Below, in pieces: positions 24,432 to 34,419 of a stretch of DNA of 64,000 nt. The notes beneath the pieces are model-generated. The model ran no database searches, was not told the origin of the DNA, and saw nothing but the letters and a program-made list of their open reading frames with translations. Where the stretch lies: assembly GCA_028280285.1 (NCBI GenBank), contig JANQMA010000024.1, positions 117-64,116 of the forward strand, in the 5' to 3' direction. Each line of letters opens with the position of its first letter. Within the stretch, counting starts at the first letter, position 1. The DNA is from Candidatus Omnitrophota bacterium. GTDB taxonomy: Bacteria; Omnitrophota; Gorgyraeia; Zapsychrales; Zapsychraceae. The position numbers and the translations under genes are program-made.

Positions 24432-26321
24432 ATGTCAAATCAAACAATTACATCATGGGAAAATCTGGGTTTATCGGAAGAATTAAACAGCATTTTATCT
24501 TTGGCCAAAAAAGTGCATATGCCAAAAAATAAAGCCGAGCTTGTTGAGCTTGCTATGGGCCAAACGGGAGAGAGCACATTTGAAGTCGCGTATAATATCC
24601 CGCAGCAAGGAAAATTCGTCGAGGCGCATGTTCACCGCTGCCTTAACGGCGTGGCGGTTAATTATACGGAAAGTTATATGCGACGACGTGATCCGGATTG
24701 TATGGTGATTGCCGACGGTAATCCGACAAATAAACCGCATTATGATAAGCGTTTTAAAAAACCTTTTGCTGAATTAAGAGAGGAAATATTCGATTGGCTT
24801 AAAACACAGGAATTGGTTGCGCTTCCCTTTTATGCGGGCAGCAAAGATTTAGGTTATGCGGCGTTATTGATCGGTCCTGCCAATGCTGCGTTTTTTGCCG
24901 CGGCCCTGGCGGAGCTGCAGGGAATGGTGCCGGTTGATCAAATAGAACCCGGGTTTTCTCCTAAGGCCGTTATTTGTCTTGCGCCGACCTTTCGCCATAC
25001 GCATTGTGACGGCCGGCAAGTTGTGATTCACAATCGTAGCGAACAATGCCATGAAATCTTTTCTCTCAACCTTTATCCGGGACCGAGTGCCAAAAAAGGT
25101 ATTTATGGTGTGTTGCTTAATCTTGGTGAGAAGCAAGAGTGGGTGACCGCACACGGTTCGTCGGTGCGCGTCACAACGCCGTATGATAATGAATTTGTTA
25201 TTATGCATGAAGGCGCCAGCGGCGGGGGTAAAAGCGAGATGTTGCAATACCCGCACCGTGAACCCGACGGGCGTTTATTGATCGGTGAGAATGTTCAAAC
25301 ACACAAGCGCCGTTATGTTCCGCTGTTTCAAGGGTGCACGCTTAATCCGATTACAGATGACATGGCTTTATGTCATCACGGTATTCAAAATGAAAGCGGA
25401 CGGCTCGTCATTCAAGACGCGGAAGAAGGATGGTTTGTTCGCGTTAACCATATTGATCATTACGGTATCGACCGGTATCTGGAAGAATTGTGCACCAATC
25501 CTCCGGAGCCGCTCGTCTTTTTAAATCTTTATTCGGTAGCCAATGCCACCTGCCTTATTTGGGAGCATACTGAAGATAAACCCGGTGAACCCTGCCCTAA
25601 CCCACGCGTTATCCTTCCCCGGCATATTGTCCCCGGCATCATCAATGACCCGGTTGAGGTCAATGTAAGAAGTTTTGGTGTCAGAACGCCGCCTTGTACC
25701 CAAGAGGTACCTACATACGGGATTATCGGTCTGCTTCATATCCTGCCACCGGCACTTGCCTGGTTGTGGAGACTCGTGGCTCCGCGTGGACACGCCAACC
25801 CGAGTATCACCGAAACAGGTGGAATGACAAGTGAAGGAGTAGGTTCGTACTGGCCGTTTGCGACCGGACGTCGTGTCGATCAGGCGAATCTGCTTCTTCG
25901 TCAGATTTTAAAAACACCGAAGACAAGGTTTACCTTGTCTCCGAATCAATATATCGGCGCATGGAAAGTCGGATTTATGCCGCAGTGGATTGCCCGGGAA
26001 TATTTATCCCGACGGGGCAGTGCAAGATTCAAACAAAGCCAGATAGAGGCGGCGCGCTGTCCGCTACTCGGTTATGCGATACATTCCATGCAGATCGAAG
26101 GGTTCTTTATCAGCAAAGAATTTTTGCAAGTTGACTCCCAACCGGAAGTCGGTGAAGAAACGTATGATAAGGGCGCAAAAATTCTGTCCGATTTCTTTAA
26201 GCAAGAACTCGCCTTTTATCTCAATGAGCCGGACTTGGATCCGCTCGGCCGGGAAATCATTGGGTGTTGTATGCGGGATGGTACGTTGAATGATTATTTA
26301 GAATTGATAAAGGCAGAGTAG
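24432..26321 (+). CDS. DUF4914 family protein (PEP carboxykinase-like P-loop)
   Basis: NYTESYMRRRDPDCM, NLYPGPSAKKG, MHEGASGGGKSEM, TDDMA, SEGVGSYWPFATG. Confidence 0.8.
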   Translation: MSNQTITSWENLGLSEELNSILSLAKKVHMPKNKAELVELAMGQTGESTFEVAYNIPQQGKFVEAHVHRCLNGVAVNYTESYMRRRDPDCMVIADGNPTNKPHYDKRFKKPFAELREEIFDWLKTQELVALPFYAGSKDLGYAALLIGPANAAFFAAALAELQGMVPVDQIEPGFSPKAVICLAPTFRHTHCDGRQVVIHNRSEQCHEIFSLNLYPGPSAKKGIYGVLLNLGEKQEWVTAHGSSVRVTTPYDNEFVIMHEGASGGGKSEMLQYPHREPDGRLLIGENVQTHKRRYVPLFQGCTLNPITDDMALCHHGIQNESGRLVIQDAEEGWFVRVNHIDHYGIDRYLEELCTNPPEPLVFLNLYSVANATCLIWEHTEDKPGEPCPNPRVILPRHIVPGIINDPVEVNVRSFGVRTPPCTQEVPTYGIIGLLHILPPALAWLWRLVAPRGHANPSITETGGMTSEGVGSYWPFATGRRVDQANLLLRQILKTPKTRFTLSPNQYIGAWKVGFMPQWIAREYLSRRGSARFKQSQIEAARCPLLGYAIHSMQIEGFFISKEFLQVDSQPEVGEETYDKGAKILSDFFKQELAFYLNEPDLDPLGREIIGCCMRDGTLNDYLELIKAE

Positions 26322-26324
26322 TGT

Positions 26325-26792
26325 ATGGAGGGAAAAACCATGAAGCCGGTTGATGAACCATTGATTCTTTTTTTACAAAAGATCATTCATTTTTCCGTCA
26401 GACTTTTGGCGATATTAATGACATTTGTGATCTTTTGGGGTGTGTTTGATGTTATCTGGGAGCTCTATCAAAGGTTGCGCGAGCCGCCGTTTATGCTGCT
26501 TGATATAAGCGATATCCTCGCGACGTTCGGCGCGTTTCTGGCGGTGCTGATTGCGATAGAAATCTTCATTAACATTACTGTGTACCTTAAAGAAGAAGTG
26601 ATTCATGTAAAGATTGTCCTCGCGACCGCGCTTATGGCCATTGCCCGGAAAGTCATTATCTTTGATTATACAGAACTTAGCGCCAATTATATCTATGCCA
26701 CCGCGGCGGTAGTCTTGGCGCTCAGCGTTGGTTATTGGCTTGTTATTGTGTATGGAGGAGAAAATGGCTCTCAAAAATTAACCGAGGAGTAG
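26325..26792 (+). CDS. PsiE family membrane protein
   Basis: FGAFLAVLIAIEIF.NI..YL...V..TALMAIARKVII.D. Confidence 0.85.
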   Translation: MEGKTMKPVDEPLILFLQKIIHFSVRLLAILMTFVIFWGVFDVIWELYQRLREPPFMLLDISDILATFGAFLAVLIAIEIFINITVYLKEEVIHVKIVLATALMAIARKVIIFDYTELSANYIYATAAVVLALSVGYWLVIVYGGENGSQKLTEE

Positions 26793-26794
26793 TG

Positions 26795-27139
26795 ATGGAA
26801 AGAATAGGTGAGAAAGATAAAAATAAGTTTATTTTTTATGCCGGATTATTTCTCATCAACATTGTTTTTGCCATTGATATGGTTGTTGATTGGGGGATAT
26901 TCAGCGGGTTTCTCTATTTGACTGTACTGCCTTTGGCAATCTTCAGCACCGATCCCAAAAAGAGCCTTCTGTTTGCCTGGCTGGCCTCCGTTTACATGGT
27001 TTTCGAAGTGGTTGTTTTATCCTATGAAGGCGAATTTGTGGAGAATTTAACCAACCACAGTTTGGCTTTTATTGTTCTTTGGGTTGTTGTCATTACGATT
27101 GAGAATTTCTATAAAAGAAAGGACTATTATGGAACTTAA
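26795..27139 (+). CDS. Small 4-TM membrane protein
   Basis: Hydrophobic ORF after GAGGAG RBS. Confidence 0.6.
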   Translation: MERIGEKDKNKFIFYAGLFLINIVFAIDMVVDWGIFSGFLYLTVLPLAIFSTDPKKSLLFAWLASVYMVFEVVVLSYEGEFVENLTNHSLAFIVLWVVVITIENFYKRKDYYGT

Positions 27140-27452
27140 TGCTATAAAGTTAGTGACAATTATCGGTCCCAAAACGATAAAGGATGACATTATCGCTTTA
27201 TTCAAAGCGGCCGGTATCAGCGGATATACATACGGTTATGTCTTCGGCGGCGGAGAGAGCCGCTTAAAAGGGACAGAAGCCGGAGAAAAAGAAAACGTTC
27301 AGTTTGCCGTCTTGGTCCATCATCTGCTTGCCATTACACTGATGGATGTCATTGCTCAAGAGTACTTTGATAAAGAGAAAGTCATTGTCTTTGAACAAAA
27401 CGCGAACGTTATCCGGTATAAAAAATTCGAAAAAGTAGAGTATGAAGCATAA
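27129..27452 (+). CDS. P-II-like protein (SbtB/DUF190-like)
   Basis: KLVTII...GISGYT...GGG...ENVQF.VLV...VIR.KKF. Confidence 0.65.
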   Translation: MELNAIKLVTIIGPKTIKDDIIALFKAAGISGYTYGYVFGGGESRLKGTEAGEKENVQFAVLVHHLLAITLMDVIAQEYFDKEKVIVFEQNANVIRYKKFEKVEYEA

Positions 27453-29304
27453 GAAAAGCCTAAAAAAAGAACTCACCTTTATTGATATATTTTGTCTTGC
27501 CACAGGAGCGATGATCAGCTCCGGGCTTTTTGTCCTTCCGGGAATCGCCCACACCCATGTCGGTCCCGCATTATTTATTTCTTATCTTTTGGCCGGCCTT
27601 TTGGCTATGACGGGCCTTTTCAGCCAGGCTGAACTTGTCTCGGCTATGCCGAAGTCAGGCGGCGCGTATTTTTTTGTGACGCGCAGTTTGGGGCCTGCCG
27701 TCGGGACGATACAGGGTTTGCTTACCTGGTTTTCTTTGATTCTTAAGGCAGCCTTTGCACTCGTCGGTATGGCGGCTTTTATAAAATTAATATTCCCGCA
27801 GTTAGGAGAGTCCATGGTGGCCATACCATGGGTTGGGATTTTATTAGCCCTATTTTTTATTTTGCTTAATTTAGTGGGCGCCAAGAAGGCCGGAAGGCTG
27901 CAGGTTTATCTTGTTGTGTTTCTTCTGATTTCTTTGCTTTTGTATGTTTTCTTTGGTATGCAATCCATAAAAGTGGATAATCTCGTTCCGTTTACGCCGC
28001 TCGGGATCGAACCGATTTTTATTATGACCGGTTTTGTTTTTATCGCTTATGGGGGGTTGCTTAATGTGGCCAGTGTTGCCGAAGAGGTCAGACGGGCCGA
28101 GAAGGTTGTGCCCCAGGCGATGATTGCCTCTTTGGCTGTTGTTATGCTTTTTTATTCGATCGTCGTTTTTGTAACCACGGGTGTTTTAGGTGCAGAACAA
28201 CTGGACGGGTCTTTAACGCCATTGTCGCTCGGTGCCGAAGTGGCGATGGGGCAGTGGGGTGTTGTGGTTTTGAGTTTGGCGGCGATTATGTCTTTTGTGA
28301 CAACGGCCAATGCCGGGCTTATGGCGGCGTCCCGTTATCCTTTGGCGTTAAGCCGGGACAAATTATTGCCGGGCTTCTTAAGTAAGATCCACACGAAATA
28401 CCAAACACCGTTTTTGGCTATTATTTTCTCCGGTGTGGTTTTGGTGTTATGTTTATTCCTCAAACTTGATCTTTTAGTTGAGCTGGCTTCAACCGTTCTT
28501 ATTCTTACATTTATATTATCCCACTTGTCTGTTTTGATATTACGTGAAAGTAAAGTGCAGAATTACAGGCCGACATTTACGTCACCCCTTTATCCCTGGA
28601 TACAAATTATCGGGACTGTTATTTTTCTTTTCATTCTCTTTGAGATGAGTAGGGAAGTCTTTTTCGTTAAAATCGTTCTGGTCGTATCGGCTTTATTTGT
28701 GTATTGGTTTTACGGTAGAATCAGAACCGAGCAGAAGTTTGCCTTGCTTCATATCATCGAACGTTTAACGGCCAAAGAGCTAGTGACAGGTGAGCTGGAA
28801 AAAGAGCTGAAAGAAATTGTTCAGGAGAGAGACGAGATTGTTAAGGATCGTTTTGATCACATGATTGAGGACTGCGAAGTGTTTGATGTTGATCATAAAA
28901 TTACTGTTGATCAATTATTTGAAATAGCTTCTGGTATTATTGCCGAAAAAGTGGAATGCTCCCCTGAAAGTATTGAACTTGCGCTTCTAAAGCGTGAAAG
29001 AGAGAACTCGACCGCACTTAATGACGAGGTGGCCATCCCGCATGTGATCATTGAGGGGGAAAATAAATTTGATATTTTACTCGTCCGCTGTAAGGGGGGC
29101 ATTGTGTTTAATGAAGACCATCCGGATATCAATGCTGTTTTTATCCTTTACGGGACCATGGATGAACGTAATTTCCATCTGCGCGCCTTATCCGCGATTG
29201 CCCAGATTGTCAGTGATCATCAATTTAATGAAAGATGGCTGGCAGCCAAAAATGAACAGGCCATCCGCGATGCGATTATTTTGGGCAAAAGAAAACGCAA
29301 ATAA
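27442..29304 (+). CDS. APC amino-acid permease fused to PTS EIIA-like domain
   Basis: GAMISSGLFVLPG, AELVSAMPKSGG, 12 TMs; C-term RERENSTAL..VAIPH...HLRALSAIA. Confidence 0.85.
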   Translation: MKHKKSLKKELTFIDIFCLATGAMISSGLFVLPGIAHTHVGPALFISYLLAGLLAMTGLFSQAELVSAMPKSGGAYFFVTRSLGPAVGTIQGLLTWFSLILKAAFALVGMAAFIKLIFPQLGESMVAIPWVGILLALFFILLNLVGAKKAGRLQVYLVVFLLISLLLYVFFGMQSIKVDNLVPFTPLGIEPIFIMTGFVFIAYGGLLNVASVAEEVRRAEKVVPQAMIASLAVVMLFYSIVVFVTTGVLGAEQLDGSLTPLSLGAEVAMGQWGVVVLSLAAIMSFVTTANAGLMAASRYPLALSRDKLLPGFLSKIHTKYQTPFLAIIFSGVVLVLCLFLKLDLLVELASTVLILTFILSHLSVLILRESKVQNYRPTFTSPLYPWIQIIGTVIFLFILFEMSREVFFVKIVLVVSALFVYWFYGRIRTEQKFALLHIIERLTAKELVTGELEKELKEIVQERDEIVKDRFDHMIEDCEVFDVDHKITVDQLFEIASGIIAEKVECSPESIELALLKRERENSTALNDEVAIPHVIIEGENKFDILLVRCKGGIVFNEDHPDINAVFILYGTMDERNFHLRALSAIAQIVSDHQFNERWLAAKNEQAIRDAIILGKRKRK

Positions 29305-29333
29305 TCCCCTTCGTCTTCGCATTGCATTAAATA

Positions 29334-30220
29334 GTGTCAGAACTCGATAAATATTTGTAAATAAATAACTTACAGATGAATTAGATATAGTTGCAATTAC
29401 GATTAAAGTAAGTATAATAAAATAATAATACATTCCCCCTCTGTTTTAAAAGCTGCTTGATTTTCCGATTTACCATAAGAAAGGAGAAGAAAGTGGCTAG
29501 ACCAATCCGCATACACCATCCAGGTTTAATTTATCATGTGATCAACCGAGGTAATAATCGCCAAGCGATATTTCTCGAGGAGGAAGATTATGAGAAATAT
29601 CTAGGTATAATTTACAGGTATAAAAAGAAATACGGATTTAAATTGTATTCTTATTGCTTAATGAATAATCATATTCATTTATTAATTCAGGTTAACAATA
29701 AGGCAACGATAAGTAAAATTATGCAATGCATTACAGTGGCGCATACAAGGCATTATCATTTTAAATATGAAACCGGGGGGCATGTATGGCAGGGGCGTTT
29801 TAGTAGTCCGATTGTTAGTGATGATGTATACATGTTAAGGGTTATGCAGTATATTGAGCAAAATCCATTGCGGGCAAAAATCGTCAGGGAAATTGGCGCG
29901 TATAAATGGTCCAGTTATAAGCTGCAGGTAAGAAGAAAAGATTCCAAACTGATCGATAGGAAGGATAATCACGTGTTTACTGATCTTGGCCAGAATGTGG
30001 AGGAGCAAATACGTATATATAAACAAGCCATGAAAGAAGGAATTGAACAATGGTCTGTCACGCAAATCAAAAAAAGCATGAAAGGAAACACCCATTTTAT
30101 TTCAGAAAAATTCCAAAAGAAGATGCAAGACATGTTGCCACAAAAAAAGAAGGTTGGAAGGCCAAGAAAGCAATTAATTTGTAAGTAATTGTCAGCAATA
30201 ACCTTGCCGAGTTCTGACAC
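29334..30220 (+). mobile_element. RAYT element bounded by inverted family B repeats
   Basis: GTGTCAGAACTCG (29334-29346) and CGAGTTCTGACAC (30208-30220) flank a Y1 transposase gene. Confidence 0.75.
29493..30188 (+). CDS. REP-associated tyrosine transposase (Y1/HUH, IS200-like)
   Basis: YHVINRGNNRQAIF, YCLMNNHIHLL (HUH), GHVWQGRF, YIEQNP, YKWSSY; GTG start after AGGAG. Confidence 0.9.
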   Translation: MARPIRIHHPGLIYHVINRGNNRQAIFLEEEDYEKYLGIIYRYKKKYGFKLYSYCLMNNHIHLLIQVNNKATISKIMQCITVAHTRHYHFKYETGGHVWQGRFSSPIVSDDVYMLRVMQYIEQNPLRAKIVREIGAYKWSSYKLQVRRKDSKLIDRKDNHVFTDLGQNVEEQIRIYKQAMKEGIEQWSVTQIKKSMKGNTHFISEKFQKKMQDMLPQKKKVGRPRKQLICK

Positions 30221-30396
30221 CAATTCTTACATTCTCAAAAAAACAAGAAATGGCTTTGAATCAAGCCGATTATCCCTATAATAAAATTATAATTTGCGTA
30301 AACATTTGAAAATAAACAAGATAAAAATGTTAGCTTAAAGTAGAGTTTTGACAGTTGTCTTAGTGTGCCTGAAGTACGAAATCTATAGGAGGGATT

Positions 30397-31794
30397 ATGA
30401 TGAAAAGGGTTTTATTGCTAGTATTTGTTTGCCTATTGTCGACTTCTGTCGCATGGTCAGCAGAAGGATATAAGGAAATCTCCAAAGAAGGGTATAAGGA
30501 GGCTAAAAAGGGCGGATATGATAAAGAAGAGAGTTATATAAACGAACATTTGCCAGACTGGATCGATGTGGATGTTGAGTTTCGTAAGCGCATTGAGTTT
30601 CGTGATGATTTTGATTTTGACAGCACGGTTGATGATGAAGACGCATTTAAGCTTATGCGCACCCGTGTGGGTGTTACACTCAAACCGACCAAACACATAA
30701 AATTATACTCTCTTTTTCAGGATTCTCGGATATTTGATGATTCGGTTTTTTCGGATAAATCAAAATACGAGAATTGGGCCGATATCAAAAAATTATATAT
30801 AAAGTACAAAGATATATTCAAAATAGATGAAATCGGGCTTAAAGGGGTCTCATTTGTTTTAGGTCGCCAAGGGTTTAAATATGGTAATGAAAGACTCCTT
30901 GGTGATCCAAACTGGGGCAATGTTGGCCAATCATTTGATGCCGGTAAAGCTATTTTTAAATTTGACAACAACTTGCAAATTGATGTCTTTAGTGGTGACA
31001 AATCAGATAAAAAGATACCGCGAGAGTTTGACGATTTATACGAGGGCGGAGCGAAAGACCGGATTAGCGGATACTACGCTTCCTATCAACATAATGAAGA
31101 TACAATGATTGAACAATATTTGATTGAACGTAAAACAAATAAAAACAAATCTTTCGGGCCTTCCGCGTCCGGGGAGTTAGAGGAATATACGTTAGGGGGC
31201 CGTATCGCGGGTCAACTGAGTGATACGGGTTTTGATTATGACTTTGAAGCGGCGTATCAGTGGGGTGATATGGAAAGCTTGGATATTTCCGCCTGGATGA
31301 TGGCGGCGATACTAGGGTACACATTTGATCACGCGTGGTCGCCACGTTTAGCGGTGGAAGTAGATTACGCCTCAGGGGATTCTGATAAAACGGATGATAA
31401 ACGTAATACATTCGATAATCTGCATCCAACGAATCATAAATTCTATGGGTATATGGATCGCGTCAGCTTGCAAAACGTTAAGATTTACAGCTTGCAATCA
31501 TCCGCCAAGCCAATGGATAAGTTAAAGCTTCAGGGTAATCTGCACTTTATCTTTTTGGATACACCGAATGATTATTTGTATGATTCGGCCCGCAAAAAAA
31601 TCCGTTCGACAACCGGGGCCAGTTTTAGCCGCCATGTGGGTAATGAGCTAGATTTGACAGCGAAATATAAAGTCAGCTCTTTTGCAGATCTTTTAGTCGG
31701 TTATTCTCACTTTTTTGCCGGAGACTATCTTGATGATACCGGAGAGAAGGATGATGCCGATTTTGCTTATGTTCAGACGACTTTGAAATTTTAA
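30397..31794 (+). CDS. Alginate export (AlgE-like) outer-membrane beta-barrel
   Basis: Signal peptide; LGRQ..YGNERL.G..W...SFD; DYASGD...TFDNLHPTNH..YG; C-terminal F. Confidence 0.8.
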   Translation: MMKRVLLLVFVCLLSTSVAWSAEGYKEISKEGYKEAKKGGYDKEESYINEHLPDWIDVDVEFRKRIEFRDDFDFDSTVDDEDAFKLMRTRVGVTLKPTKHIKLYSLFQDSRIFDDSVFSDKSKYENWADIKKLYIKYKDIFKIDEIGLKGVSFVLGRQGFKYGNERLLGDPNWGNVGQSFDAGKAIFKFDNNLQIDVFSGDKSDKKIPREFDDLYEGGAKDRISGYYASYQHNEDTMIEQYLIERKTNKNKSFGPSASGELEEYTLGGRIAGQLSDTGFDYDFEAAYQWGDMESLDISAWMMAAILGYTFDHAWSPRLAVEVDYASGDSDKTDDKRNTFDNLHPTNHKFYGYMDRVSLQNVKIYSLQSSAKPMDKLKLQGNLHFIFLDTPNDYLYDSARKKIRSTTGASFSRHVGNELDLTAKYKVSSFADLLVGYSHFFAGDYLDDTGEKDDADFAYVQTTLKF

Positions 31795-31921
31795 GTCGTT
31801 TAGCGGATCCTTAAATATTGACAAAATAAATGCCGGAGGTTAGTATAAGGGGAGTCGTGATGCTTTATGACTAATTACCGGCACAGATGTCGGGACAGGG
31901 TTTAATCAAAGTGCCCAATTC

Positions 31922-31966
31922 ACCCAAGCAATCCAATGAAGGATAATGGATTACTTGGGTTTTTTT
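31922..31966 (+). terminator. Intrinsic terminator in 5' leader of the next gene
   Basis: ACCCAAG-CAATCCA...TGGATTA-CTTGGGT-TTTTTT, downstream of promoter TTGACA (31818)-17-TAGTAT. Confidence 0.6.
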
Positions 31967-32003
31967 GTGTGGATGGGTACAAGGAATAAAAGGAGATCGT
32001 AGT

Positions 32004-33095
32004 ATGTCATGTATAGAAGAAAATGAAGACTTGGGCCGTAAAAGCGGTATTTTGTTATTTGGGATGATATTATTGATTGCTGTGATCGGGGCAACCCGGG
32101 ATATTGCAGAACATCACGCAGATGAGAGTCTCAATAATGCTGAAACAGAGCTAATCGCGAACGCTGATGTTGAATATGAGTTTTATGAAACCGACCCATC
32201 ATCGGCATCGGTGGAAATGGAAGAGATTGTTGTCGAAGAAACTGAGCAGGACATTGTGTCTGAGGCGGCTGTGGAAAAGGCTGAGACTGTTCTTGAGACT
32301 GCAGAAGAGGCGATTATTCCTGAGATTGAAGAGGTTGTAGAAGCAAAGGTGCAAGAGGTTGAGATCGAGGTTGACACTGTTGCCGAAGACATCGCAGAGG
32401 AAATTGTGCTTGAGGAGGTTGAAACTGTTGCCGAAGTTGTAGAGGAAGTTATTCCTGAGGAGGTTGCAATCGCTGATGCAATTGGCGAGGAAATCGTACC
32501 TGAGGCAGAGGCAAAGGTAGAAGAGATCGAAATGGTTGCCGAAATTGTAGAAGAAGCAGTTGTAGAGGAAGTTCAAGAGAAGGATTCATTTAATTCAAAG
32601 TTGATCGAAGATGTGTATAAGATGAAAACGCACCAGACAGCATTTACAACGCCTACTCCGCCAGCCGTAGGTGATAAGCCAATGTGCCAACTCAAACAGC
32701 TGGGCCTTCAGTTTCTTTGTGATCCTTTATGGCCGGTGATATCTTCTGCTTCAGGCGTTGACCGTATTGTGATTGAAAGGGATCCGCTGATCACAATGGG
32801 TATTACCAAACTGGATAAAAAACATCGTTTTTTGAGTCAGTTAAATAAAATCTTTTTTGAGAAAACAGGCCTATATAAAGATGGATTTAGGACGGAAAAT
32901 GTTGTTTTTGCCGGACATAAAGCGGTGCTGGTTAAAGCCTTATCAACATTTAGTGATTCGGCCCAAATCCGCGATTATTTTTATATTTATGATGGCGCGA
33001 CCGTCCATATATCTTTTATGTTACCGGAAACAGAATGGTCTAAAGAAGACAGTAAAAAACTGCAGGAAATTACGCAAGGGTTTAAAAAGTTATAG
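32004..33095 (+). CDS. Membrane-anchored protein with long Glu/Val/Ala-rich low-complexity region
   Basis: TM helix near N-term, ~150-aa acidic repeat region, globular C-terminal domain. Confidence 0.7.
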   Translation: MSCIEENEDLGRKSGILLFGMILLIAVIGATRDIAEHHADESLNNAETELIANADVEYEFYETDPSSASVEMEEIVVEETEQDIVSEAAVEKAETVLETAEEAIIPEIEEVVEAKVQEVEIEVDTVAEDIAEEIVLEEVETVAEVVEEVIPEEVAIADAIGEEIVPEAEAKVEEIEMVAEIVEEAVVEEVQEKDSFNSKLIEDVYKMKTHQTAFTTPTPPAVGDKPMCQLKQLGLQFLCDPLWPVISSASGVDRIVIERDPLITMGITKLDKKHRFLSQLNKIFFEKTGLYKDGFRTENVVFAGHKAVLVKALSTFSDSAQIRDYFYIYDGATVHISFMLPETEWSKEDSKKLQEITQGFKKL

Positions 33096-33122
33096 AGGCC
33101 ACAAGTTTCCGACGGGTAAGCA

Positions 33123-34229
33123 TTATTGTTGCCAAAATCGGTAAAACTCTATTTCGATTGTTTTTATATCCTTTTGAATAAAGCGTTCTAACAGTTTGAC
33201 ATCCCCTTTAAAAAGGCTTAAGAAAGGGTGCTTCTTGACGTAAAGCAGGTAGTCGAGGAAGGGCTCTTTATATTCACTCATCAAAAATTGTGTGAAAGCC
33301 CACACTTGTGTATAAAATGTTTTTATATCATCATTCTTAACGGATTTCATTATAAGAAAATTTTCTAGAGCAAAAAATTTATTTTTCTGCATTTGAACGG
33401 TGCTAATGCGCCTGGCTGATTTCTCACCGAGGCGTGCTGTCTCGGCGTAGGTCGCGAGCCCCTCCACCAGCCACAACCGGTCAATGTTATAGCCAAAGTG
33501 TAATTTCGATGTATAGAATATTTGATGGGCCCCTTCATGACGGATGGTGTCATCCGGGTATTCGGTTTTTCGACGGACATCATAGCTATAATTGACAAAA
33601 AGGATATCATGTGTGCTTGAGTAGACACCGATGCTGTCAACAAAGTTTGGGTTTATTGTTTGAATGAAGTTTTTGTAATCGTCTGATTCAGAAAAGACCA
33701 CGGCGCATATACGGTTTTTCTTTTCTTTAAAGGTAACGATTTCAGGAAAAGTGTTTTTGATATTTTTGTAAAGTTGTTTAAGCGTGCCGGCGACAGGTCC
33801 GCTTAAGCTTTGCCCACCTGATGTAAACACTGTGTAATTTTCATAGCGCGCAAAAGTCATGTTGGGGAAAAGACGTCGTGCGATAATTTCGGACGCTCCG
33901 ACAGGGAATGTTTGGGCATTAACGGTCAGATCAAAGACATCCTGCCTGTTGATTGTATGATCTTTAAAAGATCCTTGGGTTAAATGCTCACGGACAATAA
34001 TTTTTTCCTCATCACGAGTAAGTATTTCTCCATTAATATTGCTTCCCGACATTAAAATAATCTGGTGTGTGTTAGGCGATGGTTTGGGGTCCGGGAGTAT
34101 TTCCCGTGCTTCTTTTTGATAGACGATAGGATATAGTGCATTTTTAAAGGGTGAACGCAGTGAGAAGAATGAAAAGTATCCTAATAAAACGATAAAGATA
34201 CTGAGTAATATCACCAAACGTGTTTTCAT
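33123..34229 (-). CDS. DUF1570/zincin-like metallopeptidase, membrane anchored
   Basis: TIRHEGAHQI...WLVEGLATY...FYTQVWAF. Confidence 0.7.
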   Translation of the reverse strand: MKTRLVILLSIFIVLLGYFSFFSLRSPFKNALYPIVYQKEAREILPDPKPSPNTHQIILMSGSNINGEILTRDEEKIIVREHLTQGSFKDHTINRQDVFDLTVNAQTFPVGASEIIARRLFPNMTFARYENYTVFTSGGQSLSGPVAGTLKQLYKNIKNTFPEIVTFKEKKNRICAVVFSESDDYKNFIQTINPNFVDSIGVYSSTHDILFVNYSYDVRRKTEYPDDTIRHEGAHQIFYTSKLHFGYNIDRLWLVEGLATYAETARLGEKSARRISTVQMQKNKFFALENFLIMKSVKNDDIKTFYTQVWAFTQFLMSEYKEPFLDYLLYVKKHPFLSLFKGDVKLLERFIQKDIKTIEIEFYRFWQQ

Positions 34230-34419
34230 GTGGCTATGGTAACATGATTGATCTGTCAAGAAAATGGAAAATAAGACAATTATTTTTGTTTTGCCGCACA
34301 TGGACCGGTAGATAAACCATAGTAGAAAAGCGAAAAAAGTTATTTTTATATAATTGATTTAGGTAAGTTTTGTTACAATTATAAAATAATCCTTTCTAAT
34401 TATAGCTTGCTAACTTCAA

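Noticed and set aside
30460-30530. Short EGYKE-type tandem repeats at the AlgE-like N-terminus
   Set aside because: Only 2-3 degenerate units in a likely linker; no evidence of function.
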